Shown here: positions 41,641-52,633 of the stretch, in pieces
How the letters are laid out: every line of letters begins with the position of its first letter
How positions within the stretch are numbered: position 1 is the stretch's first letter
Sequence record: DRR723986_622
Direction: 5' to 3' (one strand)
DNA: 64,000 nucleotides
Translations under genes and position numbers: made by a program
Notes under the pieces: generated by a model
Databases searched by the model: none
What the model was told of the DNA's origin: nothing
The model's input: only the letters and a program-made list of their open reading frames with translations

Positions 41641-42933
41641 TTACCGAAATGGATATATAAAACTTCCAAATCTTTCTACTATAGCTCTCTCAAGTGTTTC
41701 TCTATGATCTGGATGAGCGATGCGCATTAGTTCATAAGCCCGCTGACGTAAGTTCTTTCCGTAAAGATTAACCATTCCGTATTCGGTGACTACGTATTGC
41801 ATATGTGCTCGGGTAGTGACTACACCAGCACCTTCCTTTAGGAATGGGACAATTTTGGAAGTTCCTTTTCGAGTAGCGGAAGTCATGGCCATGATTGGTT
41901 TTCCTCCTTCAGAGAGAGAGGCACCACGCATAAAGTCCATTTGACCACCTACACCTGAGTATTGGTAGCTTCCTATGGAATCTGCGCAAACTTGACCAGT
42001 CAGATCCATTTCCACACAGCTATTGATAGAAATCACCTTAGGATTCTTTCGTATGACCGCTGTGTCATTCACGTAAGCTGCCTCATGGAAGGAAAATTCA
42101 GGATTATCATCAATCGCATCGTAAAGCTCCCTGGTTCCAGTTACAAAAGATGATACTATTTTCCCAGGGTGTTTTTTCTTGTATTTGTTGGTGATGGCAC
42201 CTGATCTCAGGAGTCCTAAAATCCCATTAGAGAACATCTCGGTATGAATTCCAAGATCCTTGTGTTGCTTCAGTGAGTCCAGAACGGCATCTGGAATAGC
42301 ACCAATTCCCATTTGCAGTGTAGATCTATCTTCAATAAGTGCCGCGCAATGATTGCCTATTCTTCGTTCTGTTTCTGTGATTTTTTCACCATAATCAACA
42401 ATTGGTAGTGGCTCATCCACATGAATGGCTGCATGAAACTTTGAAATGTGAACTTGGCCATCCCCATGCGTTCTAGGCATCTGTTTGTTGACCTGAGCTA
42501 TAATTGTTCTGGCAGTTTCCACTGCTGGTTTTGCAACATCGACGGAGGTTCCAAGGGAGCAAAATCCATGTGAATCCGGCTCGGAAACTTGGATGATGGC
42601 CACATCTAGTTTTAGAATATTCTGTCTAAACAAGTGTCCTATTTCACTTAGAAAAATAGGAACGTAACCACCATGTTCGGAATTGACAGCCGCTCGTACA
42701 TTCTGAGAAACAAACAGTGAGTTCATGTAGAAGCTATCTTTGCATTCATCCGAGGCTAAAGGCATATCCCCAAGGGTAGTTATAGCTACAATTTCCACAT
42801 TCTTGAGTTCATCTTTTCTTGCAGCCAAGGCATATAGAAGGGTAGTAGGAGTAGCTGCACTACCATGGATAAAAACGCGTTGATTACTCTGAATAGACGA
42901 AACGGCAACTTCCGGACTGACGTAGTTGATCAT
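41641..42933 (-). CDS. Acetyl-CoA hydrolase/transferase family (4-hydroxybutyrate CoA-transferase-like)
   Basis: LQMGIGAIPDAV, HTEMFS (catalytic Glu), SGVGGQMDF, VTEYG. Confidence 0.9.
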   Translation of the reverse strand: MINYVSPEVAVSSIQSNQRVFIHGSAATPTTLLYALAARKDELKNVEIVAITTLGDMPLASDECKDSFYMNSLFVSQNVRAAVNSEHGGYVPIFLSEIGHLFRQNILKLDVAIIQVSEPDSHGFCSLGTSVDVAKPAVETARTIIAQVNKQMPRTHGDGQVHISKFHAAIHVDEPLPIVDYGEKITETERRIGNHCAALIEDRSTLQMGIGAIPDAVLDSLKQHKDLGIHTEMFSNGILGLLRSGAITNKYKKKHPGKIVSSFVTGTRELYDAIDDNPEFSFHEAAYVNDTAVIRKNPKVISINSCVEMDLTGQVCADSIGSYQYSGVGGQMDFMRGASLSEGGKPIMAMTSATRKGTSKIVPFLKEGAGVVTTRAHMQYVVTEYGMVNLYGKNLRQRAYELMRIAHPDHRETLERAIVERFGSFIYPFR

Positions 42934-43084
42934 AATTGCAAAATGGTATAAAAGTCAAATTTTAAGTTCTAATGTCGGAAAAATTACCGACTAAGTTTAG
43001 CTATGATAAAATTCATAGAATCTATGTGCCAAATTATATTTTGTTTTTCCACTAACTGCGAAAGTAGAGCGCCTTTATAATTAC

Positions 43085-43092
43085 TATATTTG
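43085..43092 (+). promoter_or_regulatory. -7 element TATATTTG upstream of icmF
   Basis: Consensus match 71 nt before the ATG. Confidence 0.55.
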
Positions 43093-43163
43093 TTGTGAGT
43101 AATTAGGATCAAACTAATCCTGACTCATGAAAATCGATTACTACAATAAGCTAACCCAACTCC

Positions 43164-46100
43164 ATGACTACCATTCCTGAGAGCTATAAACCCAAAAATC
43201 ACATTAGAATTGTTACTGCTGCTTCCTTATTTGATGGGCATGATGCAGCAATCAATATCATGCGCCGTATCATTCAGTCCACTGGCTGTGAGGTAATCCA
43301 TTTAGGTCATAATCGCTCTGTGCAGGAAATAGTTGATTGCGCAATTCAAGAAGATGTGCAGGCAATCGCGATCACTTCTTACCAAGGGGGGCATGTGGAG
43401 TTTTTTAAGTACATGTATGATTTGCTTCGTGAAAAGGGCGCAGGACATGTGAAGATATTTGGAGGTGGAGGAGGAACGATCCTTCCTGAAGAGATTAAAG
43501 AGCTTCAGGATTATGGCATCAACAGGATTTACGCTCCAGATGATGGACGTTCTATGGGATTGCAGGGGATGATAAATGACTTGGTAAGTCAGTGTGATTT
43601 CCCCATCGGGGATGTATTGTCTGAAGGATTGGTGCTCGGAGTAGAGAGCAAAGAGCATGTCGCCAGAGCTATTTCTGCCTTTGAAAACTTTCCCGAAAAC
43701 TCCGCCCAGCTGTTAGAAAAAGTAAGAAAACAAAGCAAGGAATGTAAAACGCCAGTTCTAGGGATTACTGGAACTGGTGGGGCTGGAAAGTCTTCACTTG
43801 TTGACGAATTGGTTCGACGGTTTATTATGGACTTCGAGGATAAAACACTGGCTATCATATCAGTTGATCCATCTAAGCGAAAAACTGGTGGAGCATTGCT
43901 TGGCGATAGAATTCGTATGAATGCGATTCATCATCCTCGAGTGTATATGCGATCTTTAGCTACCAGACAATCTAATCTTGCACTATCAAGATATGTGCAG
44001 GACGCTGTAGATACTGTAAAAGCTGCCGGTTACGATATGGTGATTCTGGAGACTTCTGGTATTGGCCAGTCAGATACAGAGATTATTGAGCATTCAGACC
44101 TTTCTTTATATGTGATGACTCCAGAATATGGTGCAGCGTCCCAACTGGAGAAAATTGATATGCTTGATTTTGCTGATGTGATTGCGTTGAATAAGTTTGA
44201 TAAGCGTGGTGCTTTGGATGCTATTCGTGATGTGAAAAAGCAATTTAAGCGCAATCATAATCTTTGGGAAGCCAAAGACGAAGATCTTCCAGTCTTTGGT
44301 ACCATTGCTTCCCAATTCAATGATCCTGGGATGAATCAGCTTTATCGTACGCTGATTACTAAAATTGCAGAGAGTCATCCTGAAATGAAAAGCGACTTTG
44401 AGCTGACTGCTGGGAGCTCTGAGAAGATTTATATAATACCGCCTGCGAGGACTAGATACCTATCTGAGATCTCTGAAATCAATAGAAATTACGATGTATG
44501 GGTGGAAGAGCAAAAGGAAATTGCTCAGCAGCTTTATAGCATTTCCAAGTCCATAGAAGCTATTCAAAACACGAAAGTGGAGGATAAAGATCGATTGATC
44601 AAGGAACTTCAGGAAGTGTATGCGCAGGTAGAATTGGAGTTTGATCCAAAGAACAAAAAATGGCTGGAGGAATGGCCAACCGAAGCAGCCAAATACGCGG
44701 AAGACTTTTATGTTTTCAAAGTGCGGGATAAGGAAATCAAGATTAAGACTTACTCTAAGTCACTTTCTGATACAAGAATTCCAAAGGTTTCCTTGCCGAA
44801 ATACGAGGCTTGGGGCGATGTATTGAAATGGGGTTTGCGCGAAAATGTACCAGGCAAGTTCCCATATACCGCAGGAGTTTTTCCCTTCAAAAGAGAAGGA
44901 GAAGATCCAACCCGGATGTTTGCGGGAGAGGGTGGACCTGAGCGGACAAATAAGCGCTTCCATTATGTGTCCAAAGATATGGCTGCTAAACGCCTTTCTA
45001 CTGCTTTTGATTCGGTAACCCTCTACGGGGAAGATCCAGATCACAGACCAGATATCTATGGTAAAATCGGGAATTCTGGAGTGAGTGTTTGCTGTTTGGA
45101 TGATGCAAAAAAGTTGTACTCTGGCTTTAACTTAGTTGATCCAATGACCTCTGTGTCAATGACTATTAATGGTCCTGCTGCTACCATGACTGCCTTCTTT
45201 ATGAATGCAGCAATTGACCAGCAATGCGAGGTCTATATCAAGGAAAATGGGCTTGAAGATGAGATTAATCAGAAAATTAATCAATTATATAAAACGAAAA
45301 ATTTACCTAGACCTACGTACAACGGTAAGGTTCCAGAAGGAAATAATGGTTTAGGCTTGATGTTACTAGGGGTGACTGGAGATCAAGTATTGCCGGCAGA
45401 AGTATATCAGAAAATCAAGACGGAGACTATTGCGAAAGTGAGAGGAACTGTTCAAGCAGATATTCTGAAAGAAGATCAGGCTCAGAATACCTGTATTTTC
45501 TCCACGGAATTTTCTCTTAGACTGATGGGGGATGTGCAGCAATATTTCATAAATCAGGGCATCCGTAATTTTTATTCTGTCTCCATTTCGGGTTACCACA
45601 TTGCCGAAGCAGGTGCAAACCCAATCACGCAATTGGCTTTAACACTTTCCAATGGGTTTACTTATGTAGAATACTACGTAAGCCGTGGAATGGACATCAA
45701 CCAATTTGCACCAAACCTTTCCTTCTTTTTCTCCAATGGGATAGATCCGGAATATGCGGTAATCGGTAGAGTTGCACGTAGGATTTGGGCGAAAGCCATG
45801 AAGTTAAAGTACGGAGCAAATGAACGCTCTCAGATGCTGAAGTATCATATTCAGACCTCTGGACGCTCACTTCATGCACAGGAAATCGACTTCAACGACA
45901 TCAGAACTACGCTGCAGGCACTGTATGCCATTTATGATAATTGTAACTCGCTACATACCAATGCCTATGATGAAGCGATCACCACGCCTACTGAAGCATC
46001 AGTTCGTAGAGCAATGGCTATACAGTTGATTATCAATAAAGAACTGGGATTAGCAAAGAATGAAAATCCTATCCAAGGAGCTTTTATTATTGAGGAGTTG

Positions 46101-46541
46101 ACAGATTTAATTGAAGAGGCTGTTTATCTAGAGTTTGATAGAATTACCGAGAGAGGCGGAGTTTTAGGAGCTATGGAGACTATGTATCAGCGTGGCAAAA
46201 TTCAGGAGGAAAGTATGCATTACGAAATGCTAAAGCATACTGGAGAATATCCAATAATTGGTGTTAATACCTTCCTTTCTTCAGATGGCTCTCCGACTGT
46301 AACTCCCGGCGAAGTGATCCGTGCCGAAAAGGAAGAAAAAGAGGCGCAAATAGAAACCTTGAAAATACTTCATTCGGCAAATCCAGAGTTAGTAAATAAA
46401 CACTTAGAGGAATTGAAGAAGGTTTCTGTAAACAATGAAAATATATTTGAGGAACTAATGGAGGCGGTAAAGTATTGTTCACTTGGACAGATTACGCACG
46501 CATTATACCAAGTAGGTGGGCAGTACCGTCGGAATATGTAA
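43164..46541 (+). CDS. icmF: Fused isobutyryl-CoA mutase/MeaI GTPase chaperone
   Basis: N-terminal B12-binding FDGHD, P-loop [19 protein letters not shown], mutase barrel PTRMFAGEG (Phe), [18 protein letters not shown]. Confidence 0.92.
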   Translation: MTTIPESYKPKNHIRIVTAASLFDGHDAAINIMRRIIQSTGCEVIHLGHNRSVQEIVDCAIQEDVQAIAITSYQGGHVEFFKYMYDLLREKGAGHVKIFGGGGGTILPEEIKELQDYGINRIYAPDDGRSMGLQGMINDLVSQCDFPIGDVLSEGLVLGVESKEHVARAISAFENFPENSAQLLEKVRKQSKECKTPVLGITGTGGAGKSSLVDELVRRFIMDFEDKTLAIISVDPSKRKTGGALLGDRIRMNAIHHPRVYMRSLATRQSNLALSRYVQDAVDTVKAAGYDMVILETSGIGQSDTEIIEHSDLSLYVMTPEYGAASQLEKIDMLDFADVIALNKFDKRGALDAIRDVKKQFKRNHNLWEAKDEDLPVFGTIASQFNDPGMNQLYRTLITKIAESHPEMKSDFELTAGSSEKIYIIPPARTRYLSEISEINRNYDVWVEEQKEIAQQLYSISKSIEAIQNTKVEDKDRLIKELQEVYAQVELEFDPKNKKWLEEWPTEAAKYAEDFYVFKVRDKEIKIKTYSKSLSDTRIPKVSLPKYEAWGDVLKWGLRENVPGKFPYTAGVFPFKREGEDPTRMFAGEGGPERTNKRFHYVSKDMAAKRLSTAFDSVTLYGEDPDHRPDIYGKIGNSGVSVCCLDDAKKLYSGFNLVDPMTSVSMTINGPAATMTAFFMNAAIDQQCEVYIKENGLEDEINQKINQLYKTKNLPRPTYNGKVPEGNNGLGLMLLGVTGDQVLPAEVYQKIKTETIAKVRGTVQADILKEDQAQNTCIFSTEFSLRLMGDVQQYFINQGIRNFYSVSISGYHIAEAGANPITQLALTLSNGFTYVEYYVSRGMDINQFAPNLSFFFSNGIDPEYAVIGRVARRIWAKAMKLKYGANERSQMLKYHIQTSGRSLHAQEIDFNDIRTTLQALYAIYDNCNSLHTNAYDEAITTPTEASVRRAMAIQLIINKELGLAKNENPIQGAFIIEELTDLIEEAVYLEFDRITERGGVLGAMETMYQRGKIQEESMHYEMLKHTGEYPIIGVNTFLSSDGSPTVTPGEVIRAEKEEKEAQIETLKILHSANPELVNKHLEELKKVSVNNENIFEELMEAVKYCSLGQITHALYQVGGQYRRNM

Positions 46542-46618
46542 TCTTATTTCAAGATTGAAAACTTGGCAGATAATAAAAATCTTAAGAAAAATAAGTCTAT
46601 TGATTAATTAGAAAAAAA

Positions 46619-47035
46619 ATGGCAAAGAGAAATGTGACAGTTCGCATGAAAGCGGATCACGAGTATGAGTCTGTAAATCCACAAGGGAATGTAGTACAGA
46701 TCGATATGTATGATCCTCAGGAGAAAAAAGCTCAATCACCCATGGATTTGCTGCTGTCTGCACTAGGATCATGTGCATCGGTGGATGCTGTTTTAATGAT
46801 GAAAAAGAAACGTAAAACGGTGAATGATTTGATCGTAGAGGTAGAAGGAATTAGAAAAGATGGAGTACCTTCATTTTATACTGATATCCATTTAAAGTTT
46901 ATCTTGATCTCTCCAGATGCCAAAGAGGAGGAGTTTGCAAAAGTGGTAGCACTATCGGTAGAGAAATATTGTTCTGTAGCTTCCTCCTTGAAGTCAACTA
47001 TCACATTTTCATCAGAAGTAAAAGTTGACTCATGA
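46619..47035 (+). CDS. OsmC/YhfA family protein
   Basis: SPMDLLLSALGSCASVD and LSVEKYCSV cysteine pair. Confidence 0.9.
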   Translation: MAKRNVTVRMKADHEYESVNPQGNVVQIDMYDPQEKKAQSPMDLLLSALGSCASVDAVLMMKKKRKTVNDLIVEVEGIRKDGVPSFYTDIHLKFILISPDAKEEEFAKVVALSVEKYCSVASSLKSTITFSSEVKVDS

Positions 47036-47271
47036 GAGTTGTTAAGGAGTTTATCCAGGAGGATATTCGAATAAGCTTATTCTCCTGGAATAATAAGTAT
47101 ATCCTAAAATTTGAATTGGGGCCAATGGAACAGACTTTCAAAGTGCCTGAAACGGATGTTCTAGATGAAGCTGATTTAGAAGTTTTTTGGAATGGAATTT
47201 TTTTTGAAAAAGTTAAAGTAAGATTCAAAGAAATGGGAGAATCATTTAGGGCTGAAGTGGGAAATTTATAA
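47032..47271 (+). CDS. Small hypothetical protein
   Basis: ATGA overlap with the OsmC gene; MRVV...ISLFSWNNKYILKFELGPMEQTFK resembles a small protein recalled from other Bacteroidota (not verified). Confidence 0.7.
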   Translation: MRVVKEFIQEDIRISLFSWNNKYILKFELGPMEQTFKVPETDVLDEADLEVFWNGIFFEKVKVRFKEMGESFRAEVGNL

Positions 47272-47293
47272 TTTCCTGCTTAGTTTAAATCTC

Positions 47294-48301
47294 ATGAAGT
47301 CTTTTTTCCTTTCGCTTTTCCCCGTTTTCCTTCTTTTAGCCTCCTGTAATTCACCTAATAAACTTCATCGTGACCATAGTATGGGTTTTGATGATTCCAT
47401 TATTATTGAGATGGAGTCCGAGCTCAAAATATTGGAGGAGGAGATTATTTTATTGAAAGATCACTTCGAGTTTCTCCTAGAAAACAGGGATAATATTCTA
47501 CAAAAGGCAGATCGTACAAAGTATAGTTTTGATGGGGGGTATTCTATTAACACCCCTCAAGATTCAGAATACCTAAGCACCGTAGTTATATTTAATACAA
47601 CCAAAGATTTTGATAAATCGATGGAAAGTGTGTTGATTACTAATAGTATGGATTCTCTTTTTAAGAAATCTCTTGAAAAGTATGGTATCATTGCTCAAGT
47701 CTATTACAATGCCATAGATCAAGTTTCCAGGGTTTTTCCTGCTTACGATTCTAAAACACTTTTAGACCCAAATCTCGACGTGACAAGCTTTAATTTTTTC
47801 TATGAAGGGGATTTTAATCATAATCCTGAAAAGAGTGCCAAATGGATACCTGAGGTCTATGTTGACCCTGCCGGAAGAGGCTGGATTTTATCTTTGGTTC
47901 ATCCAGTACAATTGGATGGTGAATTGTATGCTGTTTTAGGTATAGATATCACCGTAGAAGAGATTTTCGAGCGATATTTAGATAACAAAAAAGGGGAGTA
48001 TTTGATAGTAAATAGTAAAGGCGATATTGTAGCAGGAAATTCCGGAGCTATCGAAGCACTTAGTTTTCCTCCTTTGTTAAATCACGTTTATAAAGAAACA
48101 ATTCAATCAGACAACTATCGAGTTTCGGACTATAATTTATTTAATAGCAAGAACAAAGAAGTCAGAGAGATGGCAAAATCTCTTCTCTTGAATAAGGAAA
48201 TATTCTTTCAATTCAAAGATGAGTTTAGTCCAATAGCTGCTTATTCTGCCCCTTTTAATCTCCTAGATTGGTATTTAGTAGAAATTGAGCCTAGTTTATA
48301 A
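47294..48301 (+). CDS. Lipoprotein carrying a stand-alone dCache sensory domain
   Basis: Lipobox LASC (Cys18); SRVFP, WIPEVYVDPAGRGWILSLVHPV, VLGIDI, YLIVNSKG and C-terminal DWYL Cache pattern; no C-terminal TM. Confidence 0.75.
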   Translation: MKSFFLSLFPVFLLLASCNSPNKLHRDHSMGFDDSIIIEMESELKILEEEIILLKDHFEFLLENRDNILQKADRTKYSFDGGYSINTPQDSEYLSTVVIFNTTKDFDKSMESVLITNSMDSLFKKSLEKYGIIAQVYYNAIDQVSRVFPAYDSKTLLDPNLDVTSFNFFYEGDFNHNPEKSAKWIPEVYVDPAGRGWILSLVHPVQLDGELYAVLGIDITVEEIFERYLDNKKGEYLIVNSKGDIVAGNSGAIEALSFPPLLNHVYKETIQSDNYRVSDYNLFNSKNKEVREMAKSLLLNKEIFFQFKDEFSPIAAYSAPFNLLDWYLVEIEPSL

Positions 48302-51168
48302 TGAATAATAGAATAGGATACCGTAGAGATTTTTGGCTAACGCTTGTCATTGGCAGTGGGTTGGTATTTATGGTGGTATTACTAGGGGTTAGTTTTTTTA
48401 TTGCTATTTCTGATGCTGAGATTAAGGCTAGAAAGGAGTTCTTGATAAAACAAACAGAACTAGCCGCTTCTGAGATTGAGCTCGCTATTGATCGATTCGA
48501 AGAGAATGCAAGTGGGCTTACAGACTATCTTGAAGACGAAGACTTGGATGGGGATGATTTCAGAGATGATCTTACCAAAGCCGTTAGAAAGATTTATAAC
48601 AACTATCCAGGTCTTATTGATACTGCGTGGGTAAACCTTCAGGATTCGGTGGTGTATATGACCAAAACTGATCGAAATGATTTCATTCGAAATAGATATA
48701 TAAAGAAGGTACCTCTAAAAGGAAGTCGAAATTTTCTATACTATACCGCTGGTAATGGGAAGGGATTTGAGGTTACATTTTCGTTAAACCCGATTAGGTT
48801 TACCAAGAATTTTGTCACTCATTATTATCTGAATAATGGAGGTACAAAATTGCTCCTAATTGATGAAGAATTGATAAGTCTTGATCTTGAGGATGAACAA
48901 TTAACATTAGAAATTGACTCCGTTTCATATCAAAATATTCAAAATGATGCGTCAATTGGGGTAATTGGAATTTACGAAATTGATTGGAAGGAGGAAGAAG
49001 AGGCTGGCATTGGAGTATTGGTAGAATACCCTTTTGATTTTGGAAGTATTTATGAAAACGTAGCCCTATTATTTATGATTGAATCCAATTCAATCACAAG
49101 TGGGATTTATAGTACTTACCTATTTTTGTTTGCCGGGTTTGTAATACTATTAATTGGTACGGTTGTCTTTTTTACACTTTCAATTCAGAACAGATTAAAG
49201 TCACAAAAACTACTTGAAGAAAGTGCGCAGGAGATTTCAGAATTATTTGATCAACAAAACATTTTACTTAAAGAGCTGAGGGGGTTTGTGTTTTTTCACG
49301 ATTTTAAAGGGCAGATAACTCGGGTAAGTGAAGAAGTCGATGAAATCTTAGGACATTCTAAAACTGATTTTTTGGAAGCATTTGGAAGTAATACCAAGAA
49401 TGTAGATGTTCTGAATGTGAGAGAATTAGTAAAAGGAGCTTTAAGTCAAAATAAGTCCTTTGTGGACCTTGAATACGATTTCAAAAAGCCTGATGGAAAA
49501 GTAGTTAGGTTAAGAATCTTTGAAAAATTAGTATTTGATAAGTCAGGTAGATTTAATGGTGGACTTGGGATTTGCACTGATATTTCTGATCAATTTCAAA
49601 GCAAACAAGAGTTGATTGAAAGTGGTAAACGCCTCCAAAACCTGATTGATAATATTCCTGATATCATTTTTGCGTATGATAATTATGGGATTTTATTAGA
49701 GTCTTATGCTAAAGACCAAAAATTTCTAAAGTCATTAGGCACCTCAGTGATAGGTGAGTCTGTTTTTGATTTGGTTCCGGAAAAGCAACGGGATCAGACA
49801 AAATTTGCTTTTGACCTTGCAAGAAGAACGGGGCAAATTCAAACTGTCGATTTAAATTTCAATTCTAGGGAAGAAAGTCAATACTTTGAGATTCGGTTTT
49901 TCCCTTTAGATACCAAACGAATGATGTCTATTACCAAAGATATCACCAGCCAGCGTGTTTGGGAAAAGGGATTAGTTGAAGCCATGAATGCTGCAGATCA
50001 GGCGAGTAGAGCCAAGTCTGAATTTTTAGCGAATATGAGTCATGAAATACGGACACCAATGAACGGGCTCTTGGGCATAATTGATTTGCTGGGCCAAACC
50101 AACTTGGATGATGAGCAACTTCAATACTTGGAGGTTATCAAAAATTCAGGTAATTCACTGCTAAGCATTATTAAGGATATTCTTGATTATTCTAAAATTG
50201 AAGCTGGAAAAATAGAAATCAATACAAATATTTTTTGTCCTGCAGACGAACTTGAAAAGCAAGTCCAAATTCTATCAGGATTAGCTCAAAAGAAAGGAGT
50301 TATTCTTAAAACTACCCATCAACCCAAAACAGAGGAGATGATGGAAGGAGATGTGGAGAAAATCAACCAAATTATTCTGAATCTAGTTGGGAATGCGGTT
50401 AAGTTTACCCCAAAGGGTGGAATAGTGTCGGCAAAGCTAGAAATTGAAAATATTTCCGGAGGAATCAATTTTTTAAAATGTATTGTTCAAGACAGTGGAA
50501 TAGGTATTCCAGCAGAGGAAATTCCCAAACTAACGGATCCATTTTATCAGGTTGAAAGTTCAAGTTCAAGAAGTTATCAAGGGACTGGGCTTGGGTTAGC
50601 GATTGCAAAGAAGATAGTGGAGTTGATGGGAGGAGAGCTGACTATATCTAGTGAACTAGGGAAAGGATCTGTTTTTTCTTTTTCGGTAATAGTGAAAAAA
50701 GCTCCCGAAATACCAACAGAATTTACTTTAAATGAACAGCCAAGGCGGGTAAATTGGAATGGTATGGCTAAAGAATATCCACTTAGAATTCTTTTAGCAG
50801 AGGATAATGAATTAAACCTTCAGCTTATGCATCTTATGTTTGATCAACTGGGCTATGAATTCGAGGTGGTTAAAAACGGGCAAGAAGCATTGCAGATGGT
50901 AAAAGAAAAGGAATTTGACCTTATACTGATGGATGTGCAAATGCCTGTTTTGAATGGTTTGGATGCGTCAAGGGAAATCAGAAAGTTGGGTGAGCAAGGG
51001 AGAGTTTTTATTGTAGGCTTATCTGCCAATGTGTTTGATGAAGATCAGAAAAAAGCTGTAGAAGCGGGTATGGATGACTATTTGACCAAGCCTATTAGGT
51101 TATTTTCATTAGCAGAAAAATTGAAGGAGTATTCCTTAAAGGCTGAATTATCACATGGAAAAGTATAA
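48301..51168 (+). CDS. Membrane-bound hybrid sensor histidine kinase (2 TM, PAS domains, HisKA, HATPase, REC)
   Basis: EFLANMSHEIRTPMNG, NLVGNAVKF, DSGIGI, GTGLGL, ILLAEDN, ILMDVQMP, YLTKP; TAATG overlap with the upstream gene. Confidence 0.93.
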   Translation: MNNRIGYRRDFWLTLVIGSGLVFMVVLLGVSFFIAISDAEIKARKEFLIKQTELAASEIELAIDRFEENASGLTDYLEDEDLDGDDFRDDLTKAVRKIYNNYPGLIDTAWVNLQDSVVYMTKTDRNDFIRNRYIKKVPLKGSRNFLYYTAGNGKGFEVTFSLNPIRFTKNFVTHYYLNNGGTKLLLIDEELISLDLEDEQLTLEIDSVSYQNIQNDASIGVIGIYEIDWKEEEEAGIGVLVEYPFDFGSIYENVALLFMIESNSITSGIYSTYLFLFAGFVILLIGTVVFFTLSIQNRLKSQKLLEESAQEISELFDQQNILLKELRGFVFFHDFKGQITRVSEEVDEILGHSKTDFLEAFGSNTKNVDVLNVRELVKGALSQNKSFVDLEYDFKKPDGKVVRLRIFEKLVFDKSGRFNGGLGICTDISDQFQSKQELIESGKRLQNLIDNIPDIIFAYDNYGILLESYAKDQKFLKSLGTSVIGESVFDLVPEKQRDQTKFAFDLARRTGQIQTVDLNFNSREESQYFEIRFFPLDTKRMMSITKDITSQRVWEKGLVEAMNAADQASRAKSEFLANMSHEIRTPMNGLLGIIDLLGQTNLDDEQLQYLEVIKNSGNSLLSIIKDILDYSKIEAGKIEINTNIFCPADELEKQVQILSGLAQKKGVILKTTHQPKTEEMMEGDVEKINQIILNLVGNAVKFTPKGGIVSAKLEIENISGGINFLKCIVQDSGIGIPAEEIPKLTDPFYQVESSSSRSYQGTGLGLAIAKKIVELMGGELTISSELGKGSVFSFSVIVKKAPEIPTEFTLNEQPRRVNWNGMAKEYPLRILLAEDNELNLQLMHLMFDQLGYEFEVVKNGQEALQMVKEKEFDLILMDVQMPVLNGLDASREIRKLGEQGRVFIVGLSANVFDEDQKKAVEAGMDDYLTKPIRLFSLAEKLKEYSLKAELSHGKV

Positions 51169-51169
51169 A

Positions 51170-51238
51170 AAAAGCCGGCTAATGATTTGCTCCCAAAAAG
51201 TTTGAAACTTATGGGGGCTAGTTCACAAACCGGCTTTT
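51170..51238. terminator. Bidirectional terminator arms (AAAAGCCGG / CCGGCTTTT) with an expanded loop
   Basis: 9-bp perfect arms between convergent genes, flanking a 43-bp internal palindrome. Confidence 0.65.
51183..51225. mobile_element. Miniature IS3-family-like element (two terminal inverted repeats, no transposase)
   Basis: TG...CA ends; left arm TGATTTGCTCCCAAAAAGTTT, reverse complement of right arm TGAACTAGCCCCCATAAGTTT. Confidence 0.55.
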
Positions 51239-51242
51239 AATA

Positions 51243-52538
51243 TTATAGGGGAGTATTGATATCAAATGCTTCGAGGTAATCCGAAACACGCTTGACAAAC
51301 TTCCCACCTAGGGAACCATCTACCACTCGATGGTCATAGGAGTGAGATAAGAACATTTTATGTCTAATTGCAATCACGTCACCAGTTGGCGTTTCTACGA
51401 CCGCAGGTTTTTTCACAATAGCTCCTACAGCCATAATTGCTACCTGAGGCTGCGGAATGATAGGAGTTCCCATTACATTACCAAAAGAGCCTACATTGGA
51501 AACGGTATAGGTACCACCAGCAAGGTGATCGGCATTTAACTTATTGTTTCTGGCAAGGTTGGCAAGCTCATTTACTTTTTTCGAAATGCCAACAAGATTA
51601 AGCTGATCTGCTTTCCTGATGATAGGGACAATTAGGTTACCGCTTGGGAGTGCTACAGCCATACCGATGTTGATGTCCTTTTTCCGTATAAGTCTATCAC
51701 CATCTACAGAGATATTGATCATTGGAAAATCTCTTATTGCTTTTGCTACCGCCTCAATAAAAAATGGAGTATATGTGATTGACTCTCCAAATTTAGCTTT
51801 GTAATCAAGTTTATGACGCTCTCTCCATAAAACAATATTGGTCATATCAGCTTCAACAAAGGATGTGACATGAGCGGAAATACGTTTCGACTCTACCATT
51901 CGCTGCGCAATCATCTTGCGCATCCGATCCATTTCTATGATCTCGTCTTCACCAGAAACACTAACCTGTACTTTTGGAGCAGAAATAGATGGAATAGAAG
52001 CAGATTCTTTAACTGGAGTATTTCTTGTTTCGAGATAATTCAACATGTCCTGCTTGGTCACGCGTGCATCTTTTCCAGATCCGGGAACTTTTGAAAGTTC
52101 AGCTTTAGAAATACCTTCTTCTTTTGCGATACTTTGAACAAGGGGAGAGTAGAATCTATCGTCTCCATCAGCTTCTGAATTTGAATTGTCTGGAGCTTTA
52201 AGAATAGCAGCAGTATTTTCAGGGGCAGAAGAAATAAGGTCTTCTTTCTGTGAATCAGCTTTTGGTTCTGAATTTAAAGGAGCTGAACCTACTTCGCCTT
52301 CAGTTTCTATAATTGCAATCGGAGCACCCACGGCGATGACATCACCTTCTTGAGCAAGGATTTGTTTTAGGACTCCAGCATGAGTAGAAGGAACCTCAGT
52401 ATCTACTTTGTCTGTAGCTACTTCCAATACGGATTCATCTTGTTCAATCGTGTCACCCTCTTTTTTAAGCCAAGTAAGCACTGTACCTTCTATGATACTC
52501 TCGCCCATTTTGGGCATTAGCATTTCTACAATCGCCAT
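51243..52538 (-). CDS. Dihydrolipoamide acyltransferase E2 (2-oxoacid dehydrogenase, likely branched-chain type)
   Basis: Lipoyl domain EVATDKVDTEVPS, subunit-binding FYSPLV...GSGKDARVTK, catalytic DHRVVDG. Confidence 0.92.
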   Translation of the reverse strand: MAIVEMLMPKMGESIIEGTVLTWLKKEGDTIEQDESVLEVATDKVDTEVPSTHAGVLKQILAQEGDVIAVGAPIAIIETEGEVGSAPLNSEPKADSQKEDLISSAPENTAAILKAPDNSNSEADGDDRFYSPLVQSIAKEEGISKAELSKVPGSGKDARVTKQDMLNYLETRNTPVKESASIPSISAPKVQVSVSGEDEIIEMDRMRKMIAQRMVESKRISAHVTSFVEADMTNIVLWRERHKLDYKAKFGESITYTPFFIEAVAKAIRDFPMINISVDGDRLIRKKDINIGMAVALPSGNLIVPIIRKADQLNLVGISKKVNELANLARNNKLNADHLAGGTYTVSNVGSFGNVMGTPIIPQPQVAIMAVGAIVKKPAVVETPTGDVIAIRHKMFLSHSYDHRVVDGSLGGKFVKRVSDYLEAFDINTPL

Positions 52539-52633
52539 GGTTATTGATTAATGATTTATTGGGTTTATATACAAGTTTTAAAATTAAATTTTATAAAACA
52601 GGATCACAAACCTTTCAATAGAAATTTTATTTG

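Noticed and set aside
42934-43163. Cobalamin riboswitch upstream of icmF
   Set aside because: No B12-box or GGGAA/CCCGC-type core is visible, and the leader after the promoter motif is only about 70 nt with a weak hairpin
43164-46541. Calling this methylmalonyl-CoA mutase (mutB/scpA)
   Set aside because: The domain order (B12, GTPase, barrel) and Phe in PTRMFAG indicate IcmF
47294-51168. Frameshifted single sensor gene (pseudogene) explanation for the Cache/kinase split
   Set aside because: Each ORF has its own export signal (lipobox versus N-terminal TM), and the kinase has a complete two-TM periplasmic architecture
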